A stretch of DNA of 64,000 nucleotides from Eledone cirrhosa. Lineage: Eukaryota. Positions 1 to 13,100 of this stretch are shown here, piece after piece. The stretch lies in the NCBI GenBank assembly GCA_964016885.1, contig OZ024743.1, positions 12,524,001-12,588,000 on the forward strand, in the 5' to 3' direction. Each line of letters starts with the position of its first letter. The first letter of the stretch is position 1. Both the position numbers and the translations under genes were made by a program. The notes under the pieces were generated by a model, which was given only the letters and a program-made list of their open reading frames with translations, was not told where the DNA came from and ran no database searches.

Positions 1-599
1 AGACACACATGCTCACACAAACACAAGTGCAAACACATTATGTATATATATGTGAATTTATATACATCTACACATACATAAACACAGAGCTGTGTGGAAA
101 ACGTATGTTTGTGTGTTTGTGAATGAGAGAAAGAAAAGAATTGAAGAGAGAAAGAATAAGATAAGAATAAGAGAAAGATGGCAATGTTCTTATTTTGAAG
201 GCAAATGTTAAATGTAAATGTTAAATGTTAAATGTTAAATTAGAACTCATCCTCAGCTGCTCCACTCCTTTCAGTCTTTATCCACCTCCTTCCTAGAATC
301 CTCCTCATTCATCTCAGGCTGACATGAAGTCATGGATGAGAATGTTTTAATTCATGGATGAGAATGTTTTAATTTAGAACAAAAACAAATTTGTGTTTTG
401 TCATTTCAAAAAAAGAAATCATACTCAACCATTCCACTCTCACTCTCCTAAACCCTTTTGTCTTTTGTCATCTTCTTTCTGGAATCCTTTTTGTTTGCGG
501 CAAGAGTAGCTTGATGTCAGAATTTTTTTGTTCATTCATTATTTTGGGATGGATCTGGATCTCTGTGCCAGATGTCTCGAAGATTCACTGAGCTTTCTT

Positions 600-1340
600 A
601 ATGAATCACAATGGCGACTTTGTTTCAACACAAAGAAACAAGAGTTTTACACTTTATATATAGATAATAGTTGTGAGAGTAGGTTATGTTTCTGATAATG
701 TGAGAGTGTAATATATCTTCAAGAACACAACTTCTTTGCTCCATTCAGTGGATCAAAGTGTGATAGCTAACTTTAAGTCATATTATCGAAGAATTTTGGA
801 ACAACACATAAAAGCAAATTGTTCATTTAGAAACTTCCGTAAAATTTAAAACTTACGGATACTTTGTAGATGATGGGATGAAGTTAAAACCCCCAGTTAT
901 GAATGGTGTTTTGGAAAACATGGCGAGACTGCATCCATAACTTGAAAAGTTTTTCACTTGAAGAATGTCTAAATCAAACCCAGCAAGATGTGACACCAGC
1001 AAATGATGTAAGGTTTGAAGAAGTCATAGAAGATGATTTGGTTGAATTACTAGAATCCAAAGAGAAAGTTTGTCTAACAAGGAACTGATGTTGTTGGAAT
1101 GAGTGAGCTGCATGGCAAGAAGATATAGAAGACCCATCCATTCTACTTAAATTGAGTACAAAGAATATTGCAAGAGGATTAGTACTTATTGATGAAAGTC
1201 TTTAGGTTTTTGATAAGAATTCTAATTGTGAAAGTACAACAAATTACAAGAGAAGTTTATGAGCTCAGTTCCTACACTGAGCTGTACAAAGAGGTGATGT
1301 TTGGTAAATATCAAACAACTTTGGATAAGTTCTTCAAGCA
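600..1340 (+). mobile_element. Decayed Tigger/pogo (DDE_1) transposase relic
   Basis: 721-800 translates KNTTSLLHSVDQSVIANFKSYYRRI (pogo/Tigger PNTTSLLQPMDQGVIANFKAYY motif); stops and frameshifts downstream. Confidence 0.75.
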
Positions 1341-2334
1341 GATGATGATGATGATGTATTAGTACTAGTACTCTACATCATCTCCCTTCACAAGAGAGAA
1401 TCTACCCTATTACAATCTTACCATTTTTATTTATTCCCTAATGTACTTTATTTTATTCTGAAACGTTTTTAATTAAATATGCTGTACTATGTCTGTATAA
1501 AAGGTGTTTATTTTCATTAATTGTATTACTTAAGGGTGGTGAATTGGCAGAATCGGTTGAGTCTTGGACACCATGCTTCACAGTTTTATCCTTACAGGGT
1601 CGATAAAATAAAGTACCAGTAATGCACTGGGGTCAATTTAATCGACTTTCCCTCTCCCCCAAATTGCTGGCCTTTTTCCTAAATAAGAAACCGTTACTTG
1701 TATTACTTATTTCTTTTATTTAATTTTTGTTTGTTTGACCCCCCCTCCCCCCAGAAAATCCTGGGCAGAAGTGGTTAGAGCTGATGATGAAGGAATGTTA
1801 CAAGTTGAGGGAGGCTATGCTGGAAAATATACACCCAACCCATACAAGCATAGAAAAGCAGATGTATGATGATGATTTTATATATATATATATATATACA
1901 TACATATACATGAAAGGAAATGAAACTAGCATAATTAATAGAATTAATTCATGTGAAATAAATATATATACTTAGCAATAAAAAATATGTGTACATGTGT
2001 ATGTAGTTTAGTGTATGTGTATGAGAGAGAAAGAGAGATGGAGAAAAGGGAGTAAGAGCCAAAGTGGTTGGAGACAGGGTAATGTGTAGTAGAGGGGGAG
2101 ATATAGAAATTGTGAAGAGAAAGGTTGTAGTGAGCTAGAGAGAATTACGTACACAAAAGAGTGGGAGGGATACAAAAGGATGTAGTTCTCCAATGCACAT
2201 GTGACATTAAACTATTCTTTTAGATTAGAGTATTTGTCAACCATTTAATCTTATGATTACTATATAATTCATGTTTCATAAAATGTCAATCAAGCCTTGT
2301 AACACCCCACCCACCCTACATAAATCCACACACA

Positions 2335-2396
<62 letters not shown>

Positions 2397-3217
2397 AAGA
2401 CAAAGTAAAACTTATATGAATTTACACACACACTTTCATATAAAAACACTGGAGAAAGAAAGCTGAAAATTAAATTCCACTGCACGACACCTGGGGCATA
2501 TCTCTTCTGCTATAGCCTTAGGTTGACCAATGCCTTGTGAATGAAAGAACTACTACCTTTGCTGATTACAAACAGTTTCACTCTTAGAGTCAAAGGCAGA
2601 TTAAACAATACCTGTATCTGAACTGAGATGCTGAACAGTCCATGCTGTTAAGTGGTAGTACTGGTATCATGATAAAATGCATCAACTACATACTGTAAAG
2701 TGTTTGGCATTGGGAAGAGTATCCAGCAGTAGAAATCATGCAAAAATCAAACATATGAGCAAGATGTGGTAATCTAACTTGTGTATTCTATGAGCATGAC
2801 AAACCATCCAGCCTATACCAGCATAGAAAACAGACAAAACAGTGATGATGGAGATATATACAAGATCTGTCATAAAAGTAACCAACTTTATATTTTCCAT
2901 GGGAAGTAATGACATTAGTGAGACAAATGTGCACAGATCAGAGCTGCATACATTCATGCACATGCATGTTTTTTGGCAAGTTCGCAATATATATATATGC
3001 ATGTATGTATGTGTTTGTTTATGACTGATTATTTCGACACCACTTAAACATTGTTGCTGTTTGTTTATGTTCCGTAATTTAATAGTACAACAAATAAAGA
3101 TTGATGAAATAAGTATCAGACTTTAAAAGATAAGTACTGGGGCTGATATAATCAACTAAACCCATCAAATTGGTGTCCCAGCATGACTGTATCCAATGAC
3201 TGAAACCAGTAAAAGGT

Positions 3218-4190
3218 ATCATCATTTTGTTGAAAATCTATTTTCCATGCTTGCATGTGTTAGATGAGACAAGTCAGGTCAGGTGATCATGTCTTGCTCA
3301 TACGATTGTCTTTGACTTGGTTTCTATAGCTGGATGCCCTTTGTAATGCCAGACACATTACATCATGGAATGGGTGCTTTTTATTGTGGTATCAAAACGA
3401 CCATCTAACAGGGTGGACAGGATGATTTTTCGTTGTAGTACCAGCACGACTACATACAGGGTGGGTTAGGTGTTGTTTGTCATGGTTGTAGCATTGTGGG
3501 AGAGCAGGTGGGCAGTGTGTCAAGTTGTCTATGCTTGTATGCATAGATTAGATAGGAGAGGTGAATCAGGGGTGTGAAATGGGGACAAGTATTAAGGATG
3601 GTGACAGGGTAGGCAAACGAGGGAGATCTAAAGCAGGATACTTGGTGAGAGGGGGTATGGGTGGTTATTAAGATGGAGGAAGATTGGTGTAGACTAGTGG
3701 CTGCTACATAAGTTTTATCTTGTGCACATGGGAAGACAAATTTTCTGCATTTCTATGTTGCCAGAGATTTCGATCCTGTGTTGTCTTCTTTGAGAGGTTT
3801 TGGGTGAGGTCAGCTTTTATCACTTCATTTCAAAATTTCTTAGGTTTTGCTCTTTCATAGTTTCCTTCAACGTCAAGTGCCCTGCATCTCTTCAAACAAC
3901 TGTCATCCTCCATATGCATCATGTCTATACCACCACATTGTTCATTTTAAGCATGCTGATTGCTCATCTGTATATAGCTTGTCCTGCTCTCACAAGTCAC
4001 TCATCTATCCCTAGTTTCCTAAAAGCTCACCAGATTATGGAATGGGTACTATCAAATGCTTTCTCCAGGTCAATAAATGTCAAGTACAGGGCCTTACATT
4101 TAGCTAGATACTGCCCCTGCAATTGCTTCACAAGGAAGAGGGCATCAGTGATACTTTTATCCAGCACAAACCTGAACTGCATCTTATACA
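3218..4190 (-). mobile_element. Old RTE LINE fragments (3' tail and RT piece)
   Basis: 3950-4185 is homologous to the RTE RT at 9000-9200 ([34 protein letters not shown]); decayed tail near 3220-3400. Confidence 0.65.
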
Positions 4191-6444
4191 ACAATCTTTT
4201 GTTGTTTTCATTAAGCTAATTCCACTCACAAGACATTAAATAATCTGAGGCAATAAAATAAAAAGACACAAAGTTCCATACAGTAGGATTGAAACCAGAA
4301 CTGTGATTGTGAAGTGAACTTTTTAATCACACTACTATCTTTGTCTTATATGATAATGAAAATTATTGTGTACAGTGCTCAAGTGCACTACAGCTCATCA
4401 GAGGTGCATGTATAGTACATAGAATATTGTACAAAAGTCAGGAAAGTGAACAATGATTTCAAAGATAAACCAGCCTCTAATTTGAGGGAAGGGAATAGTT
4501 GATTAACCCTTTAGCATTTAAACCAGCTGTATCTGGCCAGAATTATCTCATCTCTTTCTGTTCAATCCGTCCGCTAAGGTATTGTTCTCAAAATAAATAA
4601 TATCAAAAACTCATAGATTCAATATTATGTGAGATAAAGCCTTTACTGTGAAAATATATTAATAAATATAGAGTAATGTAAATGCTAAAGGGTTAAGATC
4701 AATTTCAGTACTTGATTGGTACTATATTTTATTAAACCCCAAAGAATTAAAGGCAAATCAACTTCAGCAGGATTTGAACTTGAAGTATAAAGGTCCATCA
4801 CTAAATACTGAACATTTTCCCATCATCCCACAATCTCATTATATAATATTTATTATGACACAAAGCCAGAAATTATTTTGGAGAAAGGAACAAACAGTAT
4901 TAATTAATTATATTGACCTCAGTACTTGACACTTTATTTTATCAACCCTGGAAGGATGAAAAGTAATGTTGACCCCAGAATATAAAAGGTTGCAACAAAA
5001 AATATCACATGGGATTTCATTCAATGCTCTGATGATTCAGGAAACTTATTTCAATTTTAAATACTGTATACATATATATCTATAAAATGCAACTAGTACT
5101 CTGTAAAGTTGCTGCTATTAGAAAGAGTAGTCTGTTGTAGAATCCAGGTAAAAAATATGAGATGTGGCCCTCAGACTACTGATCTGTATAACTCATTCCA
5201 AAATAGAAACTGAAGATAAAACAAGGATGATGATTATCTTTCAATTAAAATGAACAATTTGGCAACAAAATGAATTTTGATTAATTGTCTTTCGGATTTT
5301 TACCTATACAGAAGACTATAGAAAATTTTACACTTGATGTTTCACTTCACCTGTGATTTATTATTAATACACAGCTTATAGATTGTTAACTAAAAATCCA
5401 TACCTTGCTTTCATGCAAATGTCATCAATCCTCAAATATAGTGGATTGTCTGTGACCCAGTAGAATGTTCTTTTGATTTTTCACTGAAAAATTATTGCTT
5501 ATAACTATTCTACAGGGTCAGGGAGACAAACAGATCACATTATATGACTGGTCATCTAGTCAAAATGTTGGTACTTTTTGTATTTTGCTTCATATTGACT
5601 GAGTATCTCTTATCTTCACTTCAGCTTTAAACCAAAAATAAGTCTTAAAACAGCAGTCACTGTAACTTGATTAAGTGTCTTCAGAACAATAAGAAAATTC
5701 AGTGTTTATAAAGACATGCATTACCAAATTAATATGCCACATAATTTCCAACATTAGCTCTAGCTATTGCAATAGATTTAACATTAGAAAGCATAGCAAT
5801 GAATTATTCAACATGATAAGAAACTAAATGGCTACCCATTAATGGACTCTTTCTATGCTGTATAACAACTTTACTTGAATTTCCTAGCAGACGGTTGCAT
5901 GTGATTTAAGCAAAATTACTAAAAACTTGCTATAATCATCTACAATCCAGTAAAATTAACCACATTTATTTTGATTAGTGAGCCACCAGAATTGCTTGCA
6001 ATCCCTATTTTCAGTTACAGATTGTTTTATCAAACTGTGGTAGTGCAATATGGAAAGGGTTAAAAAATAACACAAAAAACATTTTTTTTTATACTGTTTA
6101 CCTCAATTTTCCCAAGCCATCACATTTAAGATAGTTTTAAAAATTATTACATTTGCAAATATTTGGTTTTACAGTTTCTTTTTTTTTAAAATTAATTTAT
6201 TTTTAAGGCATAATTAGCTTTTTATTTTATTTTATTATATGCAAATATGATGAAGATGGTTCTAACTGATTTTTTTTTCATGGTAGAGAATGGGGTGGAA
6301 TTAGAAGTTAGTCAAGCAGTCATGTGGTTCTTTGTCTAGGGTATGATATGATGGTTGTGATAGAAAGGTTTGAAATTACGACCAGACGATTGCCTTGTAG
6401 CTCAGTACCTTAACTATACAGCCATTGTCATTCCCTTTAAATAA

Positions 6445-6633
6445 ATAATTGTTTCTACTTTAGGCACAAGGCCAGCAATTACCCAGTGCATTACTGGTAC
6501 TTTATTTTATCAACCCCGTAAGGATGAAAGGCAAAGTCAACCTCGGCGGGATTTGAACTCAGATCGTAAAGGGACGTAACTATGCTGGAAAGCATGGCAT
6601 CCGACCCTCTACCGATACTGCCAATCCACTGCC
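6445..6633 (-). mobile_element. tRNA-type SINE (dominant family)
   Basis: Reverse complement of the consensus GGCAGTGGATTGGCAGTATCGGTAGAGGGTCGGA...GAGTTCAAATCCCGCCGAGGTTGACTTTGCCTTTCATCCTTACGGGGTCGATAAAATAAAGTACCAG...AGAAACAATTATT. Confidence 0.88.
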
Positions 6634-7038
6634 ATAAATAAATAATGTTTTTAAATAGCATGAGCAAGACGAGTCTAGGTTTTGTGTTTTTTTGTTTTCT
6701 TTTAAAGGTCTTTGAATATTACAGCTTGGATATTCTTTATAAATAGTTAAACACTCTAACAGGTGGAAATGTCATCAGTTTTCCAGTTACACAAACTAAG
6801 TCATGTAGAATCCTCTAGCCTTAGTCAAGAGGGAAATGGGATCAAAGGAGAAGTTACATGTTTTTCTTCATCGTTTCTAACTAAACTAGAGGGTAAAAGA
6901 TTGCTGAATTGTTGGGAATCGTTGGTAAATGACCAATCCAAAATTGAGTGGTATATTGACATGGTATAAAATATAGAGCCTGTAGTTAAGATGTTTAGAT
7001 GCTTCTGACTGTATTTGTTCACTTGGTGAAAGGATAGG

Positions 7039-7181
7039 TTACCAATCATTTTCATCATCACTGTCAGTGATTTTGCTATTCTGGACAGCCATGTCCATTA
7101 CATCTCGTATTCCTTCTTTACTTGGACAACATTCTAACGTAGTTTTAACTGCACCAAGTTCAGAAAGCATCCATTCAAGAC
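7039..7181 (-). CDS. PDCL3: PDCL3 terminal exon
   Basis: tttag|GT CTT GAA TGG...; [16 protein letters not shown]...DSDDENDW* with the acidic C-terminus typical of PDCL3. Confidence 0.92.
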
Positions 7182-10100
7182 CTAAAAGATAAATTAAATA
7201 TATATATAAATATAGTACTATCAAACTTATAGAAGTCATGCCTGAGAAAATCACAGACATGCCCCATATTACCTGTAGACAAAACTCAAAGATTCTAATA
7301 AATAGATCCGAGCATTTATAAAAAATAAAAAATCCATTGACATATATATATTTGTATGTGTATGTGTGTGTGCATGAGCATGTTCATCATCATCATCAAC
7401 GTTTAACGTCCGTGTTCCACGCTTGCATGGGTTTGGACGGGGGTTTTCCCATTTGAGGCAAGAGTGATTGTCTTGCTCGCATAGGAGTGTCTGGCGGGTT
7501 TTCTACAGCTGGATGCCCTTCCTAACACCAACCACATTTACAGTGTGGGGCTGGGAGGTTTTTACCGTGTTGCCTACACGGCCAAATTACAGCGTGGACT
7601 GTCTGGCGGGTTTTCTACAGCTGGATGCCCTTCCTAACACCAACCACATTTACAGTGTCGGCCTGGGAGGTTTTTACCATGTTGCCTACACAGCCACATT
7701 ACAGCGTGGACTGTGTTTTTTTTTTGTCGTGACACCTACACGATCTCATTTGTTTCGGCCTGGATGTTGTGGCACCAACATAACTTTACATTGAAAGGGG
7801 CGGTGTGGATGGGGTGGGGGTGGTGGGACGGGGGTGTATTTTGTTAGAGATGCCTACTGACTGTAGTAGGTTTTACTTTGTATTTAGGTAAGGCGGGTCT
7901 TCTCTATTACTGACTACCGCCAAAGGTCTCGGTCCAGTGACATTGTCTTGGAGAGGTGTAAGTGTGTGAGGTCGGAATTTATCAGGTCGTCCCAGGTTTT
8001 TCTGGGTCTACCTACTCCGTAGCTACCGTCTATCTTTATTGCCCTGCACTTTGTTATACAGCTGTCGTATTTCATGCGCACCACGTGACCATATCAATGC
8101 AGCCTTCTCTCGAGTAAACAACATTTGATCCCTCTTATTTCTAATTTTTTCCTTAGTTGGCTTATGCTTTGCTGCTCACGTACGTTACCATTACACCTCC
8201 AGCGGAGCATGCAAGCTTCGTTCCTCTGCACACAATGCCCAGGTCTCACTGCCATGCAACATTGCTGTTCGTATGCAGGCATCATACAACCTGCATTTCA
8301 TTTTTAGGGAGAACCCTTTAGCGGCTAATAGTGGTATAAGCTCTCTGAACTTTTTCCATCCAGTTCTGACTCTAACTACTGTACTTTCAGAGCACCCTCC
8401 CCCACTGCTGATTTTGTCACCCAGGTAACGGAAGCTGTCCACTATTTCTATAGAACCCTCTGCGCAATTGTAAGAGCTAGTATTTTGTGAGCACTTGCTG
8501 CTACTTATTGCACCAGAGCACCGGCCACATGTAAAATCTATGTTCTTAGTTAGCTTACCTGTGATCCCACTACATCTTTTATGCACCCATACTTTGCATT
8601 TGGGACATAAAATGGAGTTTCTACCTACGCTTTCCTACACACTGAGCATGGCCATTTCCCAGAAGGGACCGTCGCCTTATTTTCTTTCCTACAAACTAGA
8701 ACTTTAGTCTTAGCCAGGTTAATTTTAAGGCCTTTTGATTCTAGGCCGTGCTTCCATGTTTGGAATTTCTTCTCTAGCTCTGCCATTGATTCAACTATGA
8801 GCGTTAGATCATCTGCGTATAGGAGTTCCCATGGGCAGCCGGTCTTGAACTCCACTGTTATAGCCTGAAGGGCAATAATAAATAGTAGGGGGCTAAGAAC
8901 AGAGCCCTGATGAACACCAACTTTTACACTAAACTCTTCACTATATTCGTTGTTAATTCTAACCTTGCTGATTGTTTCTTTATACATGGCTTGTATAGCT
9001 CTCACAAGCCATTCGTCAACACCTAGTTTTCTAAGAGCCCACCAGATAATGGAACGAGGGACTCTGTCAAAGGCTTTCTCCAAGTCAACAAAAGCTAAGT
9101 ATAGGGGTTTACTTTTAGCTAGGTACTTCTCCTGTAGTTGTACAATGAAAAGAGCGTCTGTGGTACTTTTGCCTGACACAAAACCGAACTGCATTTCATC
9201 TAGATCAATTCTCTCTCTGATTAGTTGCGCTATAACTTTTTCCGTGACCTTCATGACCTGGTCGATTAATTTAATGCCTCTATAGTTACTCCTATCTAGG
9301 GCATCTCCTTTACCCTTGTAACAGTTAATGATGATGCTGCTACGCCAGTCCTTCGGAACAACCCCATTCTGTATGACTTGGTTTACTATCCGGGTGACCA
9401 TGGTGTGTCCCACCGTTCCAGAGGTTTTCAGCATCTCAGCAACTATTTCCGAAGGCCCAGCCGCCTTATCCATCTTCATATCTTTGATTGCCTTACTTAT
9501 ACTACCTTCGACTAACACTGCCGGTCCCTCTATTGGGTCGATGTGGGGGAGACTGTCTTTCTCCCATTTATTCTCCTCATTTAGAAGCCTTTCGTAGTGA
9601 CACTTCCAAGCAACCTTCTTATCAGCGTCAGTGATGGCAAGTACGCCCTCATCATTAAGTACACACTTCTCCCCGACAATATCACGGTTTTCCTTGACAC
9701 ATTGCCTAGCAATCCTGAACACCTCACGTTTTTGTCCTCATGTTATATTATAAAATATAATAACATTTTATAATATAACAATTTAACAAACTACAATTTT
9801 TTTTCTTTTAGGGTGGGAAATATAGTTGATGAAATCAACCCCATTACTTCACTAGTATTTTGTCTAAGTTACACATAGGAAAAAGGACAAAACAAAAAAG
9901 CCAAAACCATTGAACATAGAACATAAAGGGACATAATTCAGTGCAAGGCAAAAGCTGAAATGGCAAGCAAGAGATAAGTGATTAATACCTATTCTATTTC
10001 TTCTCACAGGATTACACATTTTCAATGAATTGACTCAAGTACAATAGAAATAAATATTTGTTGTTGGTTAATCCCAGGTCAGACGTGATTGAGCAGACTT

Positions 10101-13100
10101 ATGATCAAAAGCATTTCAGTTCAGTCTTTTTTATGTGAAGGAAAAACAGTATCCTATCCTCCAACAGTAAGGTGTAATTTGAAGGTAATTTGACTGCTTT
10201 TTCTAATAGGTCAAGCAGCCATATAAATGCTCTCTTATTGGAACATCAAGTAAATACTTGATCAATGCTGGTAGGATTTGCATGCAAAGTGAGGGTAACT
10301 AAAAACTGATTTTGATAGATCATCAACCTATCATATTAATAATTGCCTCTCACATTGGCACAAGGCCAGCAATTCGGGGGAAGATGTTAGTTGATTATAT
10401 CACCTCTATTTGGTATATATGACTGGTATATTTTTTAACCATGAGAAATGCAAAGTGAATCATAGCAGGATTTAAACTACTTATTACTTCTGCAAGGATG
10501 AAAACCAAAATTAACATTGGTGGGAATTAAACTCAGAATGTGAAGGGCTGTAACTAAATATTACACATAGCTCATCAATTTTGCCATCTGTCAACCCATT
10601 AATGTATGTATTTCAAATTTAAATACTGTTCATATAAAGAATACAAACTATTTTATAATCATCATTTTTATCCATGTTGCTTATTTTTCTTGTTATTTAA
10701 TTGTAGAATAGTTAAAACTCATTAGTGATGCAAAGCACAAGGTTACCTTGCAAGTGCTAGAGTACAAAGATAAAATGCATTAAGTAAACTTTACAAAGTG
10801 GTTGGCAAATGAGGAATGACAACAGAGTTGAAAAGACTATCTAGTTTTGCTGAGGACATGAAACCTCTCTATTGCTGATGCCAAAATAAAATGTACACAG
10901 TACCCTCTGTAAAGTGGTTGGTGTTAAGAAAGTATCCAGCCATAGACACCATGCCCAAAATAGCATATATAAGCAAGATGTAGTTTTCCAACCCAACTAT
11001 AAGTAATTAAGTAATTATGAATAAAAACTGACTTTTAATATGAGAATCCATCCAACCCATGCAAGCATGGAAAACAAATGTTAAGTGATGATGATGACAA
11101 TAATGTAGAAAGAATTTTTTATTTCATGCCTTAATGTGTTAAGCACAGTGCCATAACTGTTGCAAGAGAGTGTATAGTTAACTGATTCCATTTTAATATA
11201 ATTTTATCAACCCAAGAAGGATGACAGGCAATTTGAAACTAGATCAGAAATACAGCAAAACATTTGCCGTCAATTCTCCATTCTTAATACGAAAAATAAA
11301 GATGATAATTCCTCATCAAATTTATTAAAGAACTATAGTAAAAAATTAAGACTAGTATGTTACTGGTACAAGGTAGTAATTAGGTAGAATAACTGAAGTG
11401 TTGGTTAGAATGCCTAGTGGTATTTGTTCTGGATTGCTGTATTTTTAAGTTCATATCCGACTGAAATCAACTTTGCTTTCCATTTTTTTCAGGATCAGTA
11501 AATAAGTATCAGCCCAGAACAGGTGTCTACTTCAGTGACATCACAGTAATGCTGTCATGACAGTGGTGTCAAGCTGTATTGGATCTTGCTTTTTGCAACT
11601 TAATGTTTAGTAAGATTCATGAAACTTCAGGAGAGTTTTAGATTAGAGGAATTACTTACCGTCCATTGTTAGTTTCATTCCACCAAAGGCAAATGGTCCA
11701 ACAAACTGCTTTTTTATATCTCCCTCAAAATATACGAAGATGGTGGGCAAGTTTTTGTCAGGGTAATTTGGAATACAGACCGATGATATGCTCTTGATGA
11801 ACTTCACCTGTGGGAATTTACGTGCTAAGCCAGTTAAGTGTTGGTTTATAAGAGCACACAATGGAATTCTATAACAGGAAAGAAAAATAAACATTATGGT
11901 AGATGTTAAAAATGTTATATTTGTTTGAAACGCAATACACATATTTCCAATTCTTGTTTGTCTCTTGGAGGGGCACAAAGGTGGGAATAGATATGTGGAT
12001 GAAGATACTTAATCTGCATTTACGAGTTTAATTTGGAGTATACTATTGTATACACAATCCATAATTGGAGCCAGAATCATATAAATTCAATAGCAAGACT
12101 CTTGATTATAGTTTGATGTTGTGTACTGGAGCAGCTTCATGGGATTCAAGCTATTAATTAATGTGTATTCAGATTTTTAGAATAGAAACAATGTATCCCA
12201 GCATATTTTAAGAGATAACATTAGGGTTGGCCTCAAATAGTACATCTGGTTGTTAAACACTGGTTTAAAAAGTTTTGTACAACCCATGCCAGCATAGAAA
12301 ACCAGACATAATAGTGATGATGATGATGACGACGACAGAAACACATATTTATATTACTCACCCACATTTATAGACATGAAGTATGACCCAGATTCCTTCA
12401 CCTGCTTTATTTACTTCTTTGACATAATCCTCTCTGGAAATTTCAAGAACATCTCCATATCTTGCAGCTAAGTTAGCTGCTTTCATCTCTAACATACGTT
12501 TTTGTCTAAAAGAGAAAGAGAGAGAGAGAGAAAATGGATAAAGATTATCATGAGTACCATATATTTGGGTAGTAAACCTAAACTATCACCCAGTTTAATA
12601 CTACCACCTGGCTCTTGAGTGATTCTAGTCCACCCTGCTGCAAACATACAAACCAGTTCTCTGGTTTAAGGATTACTGTAGAAAACCAGGAGCCTTGGTT
12701 TCTTACTCTCTGTCCCCCAAAAGTAGGTTGGTTGTATCACATAGTGGAGCAATAGGCCAGTGGGTGTCAGCAATGGGAAAATAATAGGCCTGTTGATGTC
12801 AACCATAGTGGAACAGTAGGCCAGTTGATGTCAACTATAGTGGAACAATAGCTATATGACCTCAGAACATAGAGAGCGGAACAAATACTGCAAAGGCATT
12901 TTTTCCGATGTTTTACTCATTTTGTTAATATATAAACATTAAAATTCAAATGAAAACTGTACCCACCTGTATTCTTGAAATATTCGTTCCTCTTCTTCAT
13001 CTATTTCATCTTCTTTATCATCTAATTCATCAAGTGTTAATTCTTCTAGGGATTTTTCTGAATACAAAAACAAATAGATATTAAAAAAAAATAAGTTTTA

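Noticed and set aside
204-375. (AAATGTT)n run and a 22-bp duplication
   Set aside because: Ordinary short slippage repeats with no further structure
4380-4410. CTGATGA on the minus strand as a hammerhead
   Set aside because: No correctly placed GAAA or stem III; it is part of a CR1 3' UTR
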